DNA of 64,000 nt from the NCBI GenBank assembly GCA_964252035.1, contig OZ176200.1; one strand, 5' to 3'. Made by a program: the position numbers and the translations under genes. The notes under the pieces were generated by a model. The model saw nothing but the letters and a program-made list of their open reading frames with translations. It had not been told where the DNA came from and made no database searches. Shown here piece by piece: positions 24,767 to 36,513 of the stretch. Numbering within the stretch: the stretch's first letter is position 1; each line of letters opens with the position of its first letter. The DNA is from Podarcis erhardii. Lineage: Eukaryota.

Positions 24767-25914
24767 TCACAGGTGTTCCCTTACCTTTAACATGCAGTTC
24801 CCCTGTTGTGGTGGCCAGTTGCTCTGCAGCACCCTCTGATGTCATATTTTAATAAGGCATTAATTAACATTATAACGTTGTAACCATGAGGGTAGGTCCG
24901 CCCTCAGTCTGTAAGATTCTGAACTTGTTCATGAGGTACATGTGGTTCTGCCTTGGTGGATGGAAATTCTTCTTACCCTCCACCCCGCTCTGGAAGTAGC
25001 TTTTGTTGTTATTGCTATGTTTTTTTACACCTGGTTTTGTATGGAAGTTGCATCCCCTAGATTGGATGTATGCATACAGAATTTCCCCAGTGTTCTGTCA
25101 TAAGAGAAAACAAAGGAGCCCCTGAGTGTATGGATCACTGCATAAACATTTTCATGCACTGTTTCCCCATTTCCTTCTCAAAAAATTAATTTACAGCAAA
25201 AAGTGTTTGGTATAGAAGTTGGGTAAAACATATTAGGCTCCGTCACAAAGGCATGCTTCTCTCAGACACTGCCTGTTTATGACTTCAGCATGAATCAAAT
25301 CAGTTTTGTTTTCCTTGTGATAATTAAGAGTCACCCTACAACAGTTAAAAGTGATAGCGTGGAGGTCTAAATTCTGTGACATCAAAATATTTCTTTTAAC
25401 TTATCAACAGTGTAATGATTAAGTGTCAATCAACCTTGTTGAAGCCTTATGCATTAAGGATGGACAAATCACTGTATTTCACTTTTGCCTTTTTTTACCC
25501 ATAAAACTATTCTATTCTGTTTCTACTTCATTCCGCAATTGGTTTGAGAAATGTGGATTTTAAAAGACATATTTCTCAAAATACACATTTTTGGACACAT
25601 ATTGAAACATTTTTGAGTCAAGAACTGCCTTGGAACACAGGAAGTACAAAAGCTAGTAATTAACTCAGCTGTAGTCCAGACATTTAGTCTGGCTGGTACA
25701 GATCAAGCCAGTTTATACCAGAATTTAGAAAAACTTCTAAGTTCAAGCATCCCAGAAGCAAATTGATAGATAGATAGATAGATAGACAGACTTCTTATTT
25801 AGGCTGCTCAGCAGCAAGTGGATTTATGGTATATTTTCCCAAGAATTGGTGTGAATGCTGTTGGTGTACTATTGAACCAGGAAAATGTGGTGAAGGAGAG
25901 AAAATGCTGTTACT

Positions 25915-26769
25915 CATAGAATCATAGAATCATAGAGTTGGAAGAGACCACAAGGGCCATCGAGTCCAACCCCCTGCCAAGCAGGAAACACCATCAGAGC
26001 ACTCCTGACATATGGTTGTCAAGCCTCTGCTTAAAGACCTCCAAAGAAGGAGACTCCACCACACTCCTTGGCAGCAAATTCCACTGTCGAACAGCTCTTA
26101 CTGTCAGGAAGTTCTTCCTAATGTTTAGGTGGAATCTTCTTTCTTGTAGTTTGGAGCCATTGCTCCGTGTCCGCTTCTCTGGAGCAGCAGAAAACAACCT
26201 TTCTCCCTCCTCTATGTGACATCCTTTTATATATTTGAACATGGCTATCATATCACCCCTTAACCTCCTCTTCTCCAGGCTAAACATGCCCAGCTCCCTT
26301 AGCCGTTCCTCATAAGGCATCGTTTCCAGGCCTTTGACCATTTTGGCTGCCCTCCTCTGGACACGTTCCAGTTTGTCAGTGTCCTTCTTGAACTGTGGTG
26401 CCCAGAACTGGACACAGTACTCCAGGTGAGGTCTGACCAGAGCAGAATACAGTGGCACTATTACTTCCCTTGATCTAGATGCTATACTCCTATTGATGCA
26501 GCCCAGAATTGCATTGGCTTTTTTAGCTGCCGCGTCACCCTGTTGGCTCATGTCAAGTTTGTGGTCAACCAAGACTCCTAGATCCTTTTCACATGTACTG
26601 CTCTCAAGCCAGGTGTCACCCATCTTGTATTTGTGCCTCTCATTTTTTTTGCCCAAGTGCAATACTTTACATTTCTCCCTGTTAAAATTCATCTTGTTTG
26701 TTTTGGCCCAGTTCTCTAATCTGTCAAGGTCGTTTTGAAGTGTGATCCTGTCCTCTGGGGTGTTAGCCA
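25915..26769 (-). mobile_element. Young 5'-truncated CR1 LINE
   Basis: Uninterrupted ORF2 C-terminal frame (LQNDLDRLENWAKTNKMNFNREKC...[20 protein letters not shown]...) followed by the (ATTCTATG)n CR1 tail. Confidence 0.95.
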
Positions 26770-26857
26770 GTGTTCTGATACACAATAACATACCACTACC
26801 AGTGTTCTGATACACAATATCATAATACCAGTGTTCTGATACACAATAACATAATTT
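26769..26857. repeat. Three tandem copies of a ~30-bp unit at the CR1 5' junction
   Basis: CAGTGTTCTGATACACAATA occurs three times with short variable spacers. Confidence 0.85.
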
Positions 26858-28252
26858 GGTTGTAAAAAAAAAAAGCGTTGAGTCAAATAAAATAGCTTCG
26901 TTATTTTCATTAAGAAAACATAGACAGGAAACTGTATTTCCTGAGATAAGAGCATGCCTTTCAGGTCATTAACTCTTGAAAGAAAGGAGGCCTGGATACT
27001 CCCTATAAAGATTTATCTCTGTGATTTCAGGGCATTCAGATGTCTTAAGCCTGAGTTTTAATCCCTTGCAGCTACCTGGCATGGTGTCACCCTTGCATGT
27101 TACTTCTAAATCTTTATTGCTTTCTACAGTTATGGTGCCATTCCCGCTGGAATCAAGCTTACTCGCCACATTCATTCCGACATTCTTTCACACTTCATAA
27201 GCCTCCATACCATCATTAATTAGGAGATATTTCCTCCTGAAAGTCCCCTGTATCTCCCTGATGGTGCATGAAGAGATATATCTGCTCCACACCAAATTGC
27301 TATATGTCTCCCATTGGTCATTATCATTTTAGGACAAGCAAATTGGTTCTAATGTCTGTGGCCATGGAAGGAGGAGCGTAGCTTCCCATACAGGAAATGT
27401 GTCTGTAACTTAAAAGCAAGAGGTGCCTAAGAACTTCTGAGTGAATATGCTTAAATGACAGTATTTTGGATTCTTCTCTAAGCCACCTCATACATACATA
27501 CATACATACATACATACATACTTTTATTTGTATACCGCCTTCCCACAGTTCAAACTGTGCTCCCAGCAGCTAATAACATGGGGGGGGTGTTACATAACTA
27601 CAACATAACAAAAGTAGTCATAAACAAGAAATAAAATACACAAGCAAATGGAAATTTCCATGTGAATCACAACAAATTCTAAAACAAAGATACAAAATAA
27701 AAGAAAGATATGAAAGCCAACAGCAACAAACACCCCCAAACACCCCAGCAATAAGTAAATCCAGTTTTATAGAAAAAGATTGCTGTATCTGATATATTTA
27801 TTTGAAACACATAAGTGAGATATGTATGTATGTGTATGGATGGTACATGTATCCCTATGTGAAATATATACAGTATGTGATTAAAAGATCAGGTTCTTAC
27901 AGGGAAGGTGAAAGAAATAATACATTTGTTTGTAAAGCTCTTCCTGCCCCTTTCTTTGTTAATAAATAAGAGTTTATGTTGGAGATGATTAAAACTTTTC
28001 TTTTTGCAGATGGTCTCGAGGCTTTATGCATAGGTTAAGGGCCATGTAAAAATCTCAGCCTTCATTTTTGAAACCTCGGAGACATTTGTCTGTGTTATGT
28101 GTTTTCAGCCCCTTAGGGAGATTCTCTTCCATTTCTTTTTCTTTCTGCAGACATGATGGGACATTTTTCTATGTATATCTGAGTGTTATTGCTCAGAACC
28201 GTATCCATTCCATCTACCTTCAACTTCACCTGAAGGGCAAAAAATCCCTAAG

Positions 28253-28435
28253 NNNNNNNNNNNNNNNNNNNNNNNNNNNNNNNNNNNNNNNNNNNNNNNN
28301 NNNNNNNNNNNNNNNNNNNNNNNNNNNNNNNNNNNNNNNNNNNNNNNNNNNNNNNNNNNNNNNNNNNNNNNNNNNNNNNNNNNNNNNNNNNNNNNNNNNN
28401 NNNNNNNNNNNNNNNNNNNNNNNNNNNNNNNNNNN
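28253..28435. other. Assembly gap (183 N)
   Basis: Run of N. Confidence 1.
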
Positions 28436-29084
28436 TCAAGCTAATAATCTTTGAACATAAGCTTTTGTTGCTGTTACAGGGACCTTCCAGATGCGAGTCA
28501 GAGAAACCTTTTTTTCCTTTCCCTCCCCTTCCACCTTGCACAAAACAGTGTTAAGCCTGTCACCGCTGACAGTAAGGTTCAGTGATCTGTCAACATTCAC
28601 CCCCTGATAGAGACAGCGAGAGAAATCCATGGCTCTAGAGAGTTCAGTGGAGACCAAGCAGTATGTTTGCAAAAGAGCATTTTTATATGTTTTCTTGTGA
28701 CAGCAGTAGTTCAACAGAAAATAGTTGGAGTGTGCCAGCGAGAAGGTGGGGGGAGGAAGACAGTAGTAGTAAGTTAGGCTAGCATGACATGATGGATCTG
28801 GACTATGACAAACAGAATTGGAAAAAAACATCCCTGGGGACCAACTACACCAGGTTTGCTGAATTGTATTTCGTGATTTCTTACTGTGCAACAGTGCTTT
28901 TTAGTGTTAGACTGACTGGGCTTCAGAATATTTTTAAAATTGTACAAATCAAGATCCATGTAGCTTAACAATGAAAGATGTAAAAGGTTTAGGAGTTTGA
29001 TGTATTGAAAGGCATTCTGTATTCCCTGGCGTAAGTATTAAATGTACACTTTGTCTGTCTGATGAATTTTAAATCTTGGTGGAA

Positions 29085-29150
29085 GGCAGCACGCGCTGCG
29101 GTAGTTTAGGGGGTATAAAAGCCTTGCTCAAAAGGGAGCGCATCGGCCGC
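29085..29150 (+). promoter_or_regulatory. Candidate TATA-box Pol II core promoter
   Basis: TATAAAA at 29114-29120, a CA dinucleotide 28 nt downstream (29141-29142), and local CpG enrichment (CACGCGCTGCGG, GAGCGCATCGGCCGC) in an otherwise CpG-poor region. Confidence 0.4.
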
Positions 29151-29921
29151 AAAGTGCTCTGATTTAAAGATAGAGTTTTGCTCTCTGCCTTGCCTTGTTG
29201 TGCCTAGGCATTCCACTACCTATGAGGCTGGATTAAGCAGGGTGCTAAGGCTACAACAAAGTAGGGCCCAAGTCCAAACAGTATGCTGTGGGGTAGTATA
29301 ATTATCGAAGAAAATCCTGTAATGAACACCATGCCTGCCGTGCTTCTTGTGCCGGGTTTGTCTTACATATGCTCATGTTTTCTCTCTTTTTATAATGCAA
29401 GGGGTAAATGATTTGAGCTGCTGGGGATAATGTAAGAAGATACTGCCAGATGCTGACTTTAGGGGAAGGACTGGGGGAAATCCTGCGTTGAAGTTAGTGG
29501 GGAATTTCCTCCCCAAGCAAATACCAACCTCTGGGGGTAAATTTTTCTTAGGATTGCAAATGGAAGGAAAAGGGTTAAAAACCCTTCCACTCCTGTTGCA
29601 GTATTGAGGATCAACCCCTCTCCCTGCTTAGGCTATTCTGATTTACCTTCTATGTGAGGCTTCTCTTGGGCTTAACCTCTTAGCAAGTGCTTTGTCAACA
29701 GAGGGCAGCAGATCACACTTCTCTGGATGTCTCAGTTCACCTGGAGCAAAAAAACTCATTGATAACTATTTTACAGAGGAGGTTGAGAAAGCACAGAGGT
29801 TGAGAAGGCAGATTTCCAGTGCTGAAGCTGAATTCCCCAAGAGAATAGGAATAGGGGACTCCAGGTCTGAGTCATCAGATTGGTTTGGAAGAGCCATAAT
29901 TGGTTCTTCATAATAAACTAT

Positions 29922-30696
29922 TGTGTGTTGGGGTCCTCAAGCCACCCCAATAACTCACACATCACACATAATTTTTGTTTAAGGTTTTTGGCATAATTTT
30001 GGCCACAACTTTATTTAAATACATAACTGTGAGTTGTTGCTTAGGCATTGGTTCCGACTATCTGTCCCCCCATCCAGGGACAGAACTGACTTCCGGATTC
30101 CAGCGGAAGCCAGTCAGGGAAAACAATATTGGGGAGAAATGAAGCTGGGCACCAGACCCTCACCTCTCCCCGCATGCTCCCAGAGGCTTGCATGGCCCAA
30201 GCCCGATGCCAGGGACTTGGACAAAAGCTTGGCAAGCCCCTGGATTCCTTTAACGGAATTCCCTTGCAACATCAGCATTGGAGGGGCAGGCACTTACCCC
30301 TCCACCAACCAATTTTTAAACCAATGCCTACCCACAAACCTTACAAGTTGTGATGATTTGCTACGCAGTAGGCAAAAACCAAATGGCTCCAGCCAATCAT
30401 CCAAATGGACAAAATTCCTACCAGGCCCCTGCCCCAAAAGCAGGCGACCCCATGAAAGGCATAGCAAGGTCAAGAGCAAAATCCCCAGTTCCGGGAGGGT
30501 GGGTGGGTGATCTAGCGCACGCAGCAAAAGAGAAAGCCCAAAGCTGTGTGCCCAATATTTAAAACCTTTGAGCCCAACCCACAAATTGGTAACATCGAAA
30601 TCTCCCCAGAAACACAAGTAGCCAATCACAGCCTGTGGCCATCCAAACAGATCTGCCCAGCAACAGTGGGGTGGCCTGCTAGACCCCACCGCAACA
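29922..30696 (-). mobile_element. Probable solo LTR (Gypsy/ERV-like)
   Basis: TG...CA termini with imperfect ~25-bp inverted ends (TGTGTGTTGGGGTCCTCAAGCCACCCC and GGGGTGGCCTGCTAGACCCCACCGCAACA), a GC-richer interior, and AATAAAGTTGTGGCC near the minus-strand 3' end. No clean TSD. Confidence 0.6.
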
Positions 30697-30881
30697 TGCA
30701 CTCTCTATTAAGGAGAACATGCTTTGGTAAAGTATTTATTTTATTACATTTATATCCTGTGTTTTCTCCAATGAGTTATGGTGTACACAGTTCTCCTTCC
30801 CATTTTATCTTCCCAACTACCCTGTTTGGTAGGTTAGGCTGAGAGGGATTGACCCAAAGAGCATATAATCTGCATCAATAT

Positions 30882-30999
30882 TAAGGTTACCAGACATCCC
30901 TGTTTCCCCGAGACAGTCCCCGGATTTAAAAAATCCATCTATTTAGTAGGAAGTTGAAAGGCGTCCCAGGATTCATTGAAAAAGAATCTGGTAACCTTA
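30882..30999. mobile_element. hAT (Blackjack/MER81-like) MITE
   Basis: TIR TAAGGTTACCAGA / TCTGGTAACCTTA; 8-bp TSD ATCAATAT / ATCTATAT (7/8 match). Confidence 0.8.
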
Positions 31000-32779
31000 A
31001 TCTATATATGATACCTGTTTGCTCTTGTGGAGGCAGAGCATGAAATGAATCAATACATTCTTCTCCTTAACTTTAGGTTGATGTATTAAGGCTAATTAAT
31101 CTACATGGCTGTATTTTTTCATCCCCTTTAAAGTAGCGATTTTGCAGTTCATCATCAGAAACCTGATCTGTTGCAGGCCTAACCCTTTCTTGAGAAAGCA
31201 TTTGTCAAGAGAATCCACAAGGAATAACACACATTTGAGGCACTGCAAGGCTTCAAGTCATTTCCTACCCTCATCACTAACTTAAAATAGTGCTGAGCCA
31301 AAATGTGGGCTCCCCTTTTGCATTTCACCTCAGCACTCATTTGAACTGGTAATCGTGGAAGGAGTCCATTTGGAGTTCTGCCATCCTATCACAGCATAGA
31401 TTCATGGTTAACAAAATAGATTAAAAGGGAAATTAGACTTTGACCACTTTGCTTTGAGTTTTCCACTTTCTACAGAGGGCACCATTTGGGGCCTGTAATG
31501 TTGTGCCTGCATGATGGGATCCCTGATATATTTCTGAATGCACTACACAGTCAGAGACTTCTTAGAAGCATAAAGTTGCTTTTCCTTCCATGACCCTCAC
31601 AGTTTAAATCTAAAAAGGTCAACCAAGAGATTTTAAATAATTCTACAGTCTGAGAGGGGGATATCCTAGTGCCGCTGCCAATTGATTTGACTCATGCTAT
31701 CAGTCATGGTGCTGCCAATCATGTTGCTGATACTTGTCAGGTTTGTCGTGCTGCCAAGCACCAGGTCTAAAATTGACAAGGGATGTATAAAGTCATTGAG
31801 GCTCTAAGTCACGTATGGTTTGTGTGGTGGAACAAATACTTCTGCTAGAATTTTAAAAGGGGGGGGGTTCATATTCATGTTTCACTATTTGTAGTCTGAA
31901 TCAGTATTTCGATTAGATTGTTGTATTGAGTCACACACTTCAATACTAAGAGAAATATAATTACCCCTGTTTAAAAAAGCATTGTCCCCAAAATGCATAT
32001 ATTTCAAAAAGACTTTTGCCACTTGTTGAGAAATAATATAGTCTAGATATGAGGGTCAAACTACTCCAGTATGCAGAGTTTAAACAGCTTCCAGGGTTAA
32101 TTGTTTTTCCCCCTGTTTGAAAGGTTTATAATAATACATGCTTTAGGTAAATTACAACTATTCATATCTCCTATTGAATATAAATTTGTTCATTGAAGCT
32201 TCATTGAAAAGTGGCATAGGACAGTATACTCATTTATGCAAAACAGATCCTGCTAAATGGAAAACTTCCATAAAACAATGAAGAGTCTTGTAGCATCTTA
32301 GGAATCAGTCCTAAGCCTGCCACCCCGCTTGGCAGAGCCTTACAGAACAGCAGGGCCATCTCCACATCCCCAACATTGCTTCGCATGGAAGCCAGGGCAG
32401 AAGCTGCAGAACAGGCTCTGACAGCAGTGGGGCTGGAACCTAGATTCAGTGGATCCTGGTCTAGCTCAGCCTCACTTCCACCTGCCTGCACATTCAGCAG
32501 GCAGAAGCTCCATGCCAGTTTCAGCTGATTCACATATATTACCATTTTTTTGTATAAATTGCAAATGTAATAAAATGTTGCATTACAAAAAGGACTTGCA
32601 TAAGTGGCATTCGAGTGCCTTTAAAATGTCTGTTATGCCCGCAGGAATTCATACAACTCACGGCTCAAAGAGCTAAGTATCAATAGGCTGCTAAACTGTC
32701 CTTCCCAGATGCATAAGTGAGGGAAACAAGACACTGTATTCTTACTGTATGGGATATAACTCAGTTACCTGATCTGCAT

Positions 32780-33130
32780 GAGGTGGCATTCCCTTTGAAG
32801 AAACAAATTCATAGTCCGGGAGTACTCCTTGAGCCATCATTGTCATAGGAGGCTCAAGTGGCCTTGGTAGCTAAGAGTGTTTTTTGTTTCATTTTTGTTT
32901 TTGCTTTTACAGTTTCAACTGATAACCAGCTTGAGACATTCCTGGGTAGTGATAGATTTGCAACAATGGTTCATGCCTTGGTAACCTCATAACTGGATTA
33001 CTGCAATGTGCGCTATGTGGGGCTGCCCTTAAGTTTGGTCTCGAAGGTGCAGCCAGTGCAGAATGCAGAAGTCTGGCTCATGACCCTGGTTGCCTTCCAG
33101 CAACACATAACACTTGTGGCCCTCCAGATG
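32780..33130 (+). mobile_element. Degenerate L2-clade LINE fragment
   Basis: GAGGCTCAAGTGGCCTTGG...CTGGATTACTGCAATGTGCGCTATGTGGGGCTGCCC (LDYCN.RYVGLP), homologous to 8900-9060. Confidence 0.7.
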
Positions 33131-34864
33131 GTGTTGAACACTACTAAAATACACAAACCAAATGGAAACAAGAAAACAAGCTTTATATAAACACACCAGA
33201 ACTGGAAACAAGTATAAAAGCAATAAAAACAAGTAAAACAAATGTAACTAAATAATGTATTCAGATAGGCTTGCTGAAACACGTTTATAGCAAATTTCTG
33301 GAGTCTGGTGACTCTGTTGAGGATGCCAACACCAAGGATACCTATGGAAGATCAGGGTTTGCTCGCATGTGGGGAGAGTCTCTGCAAATGCAGAAAGCTC
33401 CCCATTGCAAAAGATTGCTGCAAATGTGCAAAGAGCCCTTGTGTGTCTCCAGAGGGGCGGGTGCATGAGGCAGAGCCAAACACAAGCCTCTACTTGTGTT
33501 TCCCTCTCCAGGCAATAATGCCTGAAGATGCCTTTTGAGATCATCAGTTGAGATAATTGAAATGCCTACTGAACAATTTCTATTTTCATCTACCTGTTGC
33601 TATCATCTGGTCCAGAACATACATTATAGGAAATCATATTTCTGATTAGTTACAACACTGTCAAGTCTTAAACATCTAACAATAGTAAAGAGATTGCTGA
33701 CATTTATACAGAACTTCTCTTTTCGTTATAGCGTCGTAAAATATATACTACAAGATCGTTGGACTGTTGTTGGTTTTATATTTGTAAGCCATTTTGAGCA
33801 ACTCTTTGTGGAGGAGAAAAGTGATTTCTCTTTTGTGTGTGTGTGTTATATAATTTCCTGAACCCTTGGGAAGTAACTTTATCATTACAGTGAGCATCCT
33901 GTTGTTTAAAAACACAAAACTACTCATATATTACAAAGTGGCAAGATTCTGTCAATCAAGCAAAACCAGTTGGCACCATAATGCCTGATACAATATATGT
34001 TCAAAATAGGTACACAGTACATTTATTGTACTGTTCTTCGGAGATACCTAGATTGAATTTCTCCCCAGGCAGCTATTTCAGAAGCTACAAGCTATTTTAT
34101 TCAGACACCTGTTTCCTTTCATTGTCTGATAACTTAAGCTTATTGGGCCAGCCCATGTGAAAAGATAAGGCTGGACTGCCACAGTTTTGTTTATAAGGGC
34201 ACACTTAGTCATGCACTTAAAGATTGGTCAAAGGAATTTAGCAGCGTTAACCATGTGGATGGGATGATGCAGCTGCTTTTATCGTGAACTTAGATTACTG
34301 TCAGTTTGAGTTTCTGGCACAGTGTTGTGTTCTCTCGTTGCTTTGCTATAATGAATTTCTTTTCCTTGGAAAGCAGCTGCACATCTGGGACAGTTGGCAA
34401 CACACAAAATGGACACTCAGCTGGGGATTCTTAATTATGCCTAAGGAAGGCTAATTCCTGATTTCCCTTTCCCCACAATCTTGTGTATATTCTGCTGCTG
34501 TTTCATATTTTTTGAGCAGGTTATGTACATGTTCTTATTCATTACTGATTGGTGTGTTGTCTCTCCCTCTCTCCCTCTCTCTTTTTCTTTCTTTCTATGT
34601 TTGTGTGTGTGACATTGGTACAACCATACCACTCCTTGCCTGGCTTTCCACATTAGCTACATAGAGGAAAAAACCTGCACTCAAGTGATACCATAGAACT
34701 GTTTAATCTACATTCAGTTCAATGTATACAAGTGTTTTTGAATAAAATATCAAAATGGCTGCTCACACCAAGGACCCAGCATAGTTACTTTCCAAAACAC
34801 CGTTGTTGTTTTGTTTTTAAATTATACCCTCTTCATTTATTGAAATTCCTTTCAAAACCATATA

Positions 34865-35090
34865 CAGTGGTACCTCAGGTTACATACGCTTCAGGTTGCA
34901 GACTCTGCTAACTGAGAAATAGTGCTTCAGGTTAAGAACTTTGCTTCAGGAAGAGAACAGAAATTGTGCTCCGGCGGTACGGCGGCAGCAGGAGGCCCCA
35001 TTAGCTAAAGTGGTGCTTCAGGTTAAGAACAGTTTCAGGTTAAGAACGGACCTCCGGAACGAATTAAGTACTTAACCTGAGGTACCACTG
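34865..35090. mobile_element. Tigger/pogo-like MITE
   Basis: TIR CAGTGGTACCTCAGGTTA / TAACCTGAGGTACCACTG, with TA TSD on both sides. Confidence 0.9.
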
Positions 35091-35426
35091 TAGAACTCTC
35101 TTACTTGACCTATATTTTTCCTGTGTGTACCAGTTAGTACCCAGGTGGAGACTGAAAGGTGGAATACAGCTCCCAGGGTAGTAGCAGCACAGTGGGAATT
35201 TAGACATGTTATTGTTGAATATGTGATCCTCACACCATGTTATGGGCAGTTTCCCTTGCCTTGTGACACGGGCGGGGAAGAGACATTGCTCTTTGAGAAC
35301 AATTCTGAAGTTCTTTGGGCTCACAAAATTAGTGTTACACTTCCTAGGATATTGACTCTAGTGGATGAACTAACCAGAGCTTTTGGGGGTCCTTTCTGCC
35401 AAGCAACTAAGAACCTGTTCAGATTA

Positions 35427-35627
35427 CAGTGGTACCTCTGGTTACATACTTAATTTGTTCCGGATGTCCGTTCTTAACCTGAAGCACCACTTTAGCTAAT
35501 GGGGCCTCCCACTGCCGCCACGCCGCCGGAGCATGATTTCTGTTCTCATCCTGAAGTACACCCGAGGTACTATTTCTGGGTTAGCGGAGTCTGTAACCTG
35601 AAGCATATGCAACCCGAGGTTCCATTG
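35427..35627. mobile_element. Second Tigger/pogo-like MITE of the same family, inverted orientation
   Basis: TA-CAGTGGTACCTCTGGTTA...AACCCGAGGTTCCATTG-TA; the interior is the reverse complement of 34865-35090. Confidence 0.85.
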
Positions 35628-35655
35628 TAGTCCAATAACTTTCAGTTTGCCAATA

Positions 35656-36041
35656 CAATGGACCCTCTAGATATGTACCGCTCTGGATATGTAATGTTTG
35701 GGTTATGAACATGGCAAACCCGGAAGTGTATACTTCCGGGTTTCCCCACTTGTGTGCGCAGAAGCACTTAATTGCACTACGTGCATGCACAGAAGTGGCG
35801 CCTCTGCCTACGGACTTTTCAGGTTGTGGACGTACCCCCCAGAATGAATTTACCGTATTTTTCCGGGTATAAGACTAGGTTTTTCCCCCTGCAAAATAAT
35901 GTCAAAAATTAGGGGGCGTCTTTTCACGGATACATCTCCCCCCATTTTCTTAAATCTGAGTCCCCCAAAATAGGGGGCGTCTTATACATGGGCGTCTTAT
36001 AAATTGAAAAATACGGTAATTCGTATCCGGAGGGTTCACAG
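35656..36041. mobile_element. Tigger-like MITE carrying a nested insertion
   Basis: TA-CAATGGACCCTCTAGATATG...GTATCCGGAGGGTTCACAG-TA with degenerate TIRs. Confidence 0.6.
35853..36016. mobile_element. Nested Tc1/mariner (Tc2-like) MITE
   Basis: TIR CCGTATTTTTCCGGGTATAAGAC / GTCTTATAAATTGAAAAATACGG with TA TSD, and repeated GGGGCGTCTT subterminal motifs. Confidence 0.8.
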
Positions 36042-36460
36042 TACCGACATCCAGTGGTGGGACCATCAGGAACATGCCACCTGTGGTGATGTGACAAAAG
36101 CTCACTTTAGCAGAATTCAGGATAGGGTGTCAGCAATGCACACAATTGCCTCACTGCAGACTGACAAAGTGAATATTCACATAAACATAGGGATGGCCAA
36201 GATGGTGCCCTCCGGACGTTGTTAAACTCCAGCTACCATCATTCTTGACAATATGGTTTTTATCAGTCCATAATACTTCTTTCTATAGTACTTGAATTTA
36301 TTATTTGAAGCTTCTCTAATGCTGCAATCCTATACACAACTTCTGAACTCAATGTGGCTTACTTCTGAGTAGACATGCATAGGTTTTCACTGTTGGTATC
36401 CTAGCAAATGTAAGTGAACAGTTCACGGCATATGGAAAATCAAGTAAAAGTATGCAAACG

Positions 36461-36461
<1 letters not shown>

Positions 36462-36510
<49 letters not shown>
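36462..36510. repeat. (TA)n microsatellite
   Basis: Visible directly. Confidence 0.95.

Positions 36511-36513
<3 letters not shown>

Noticed and set aside
23778-24845. 355-aa minus-strand ORF
   Set aside because: It lies almost entirely within a TSD-bounded hAT element, includes (TG)n-derived HT repeats and low-complexity G/E runs, and has no recognisable domain.
25938-26219. 93-aa ORF MEETTRAIESN... (and its twin at 62265-62546)
   Set aside because: Antisense reading of the CR1 ORF2 and 3' end; shared only because the two CR1 copies are near-identical.
26769-26857. CRISPR-like direct repeats with short spacers
   Set aside because: Vertebrate DNA, spacers of only ~9-12 nt that resemble each other, and no cas genes; this is a simple tandem repeat.
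26969-27175. 68-aa minus-strand ORF MNVASKLDSSGNG...
   Set aside because: There is a stop four codons upstream, no usable splice signals in frame, and no recognisable homology.
28068-28541. ORFs spanning N runs (also 39275-39745)
   Set aside because: Artefacts of translating assembly gaps.
30034-30842. Several 60-158-aa ORFs on both strands
   Set aside because: They fall mostly within the GC-rich LTR-like element and show no gag, pol or env motifs.
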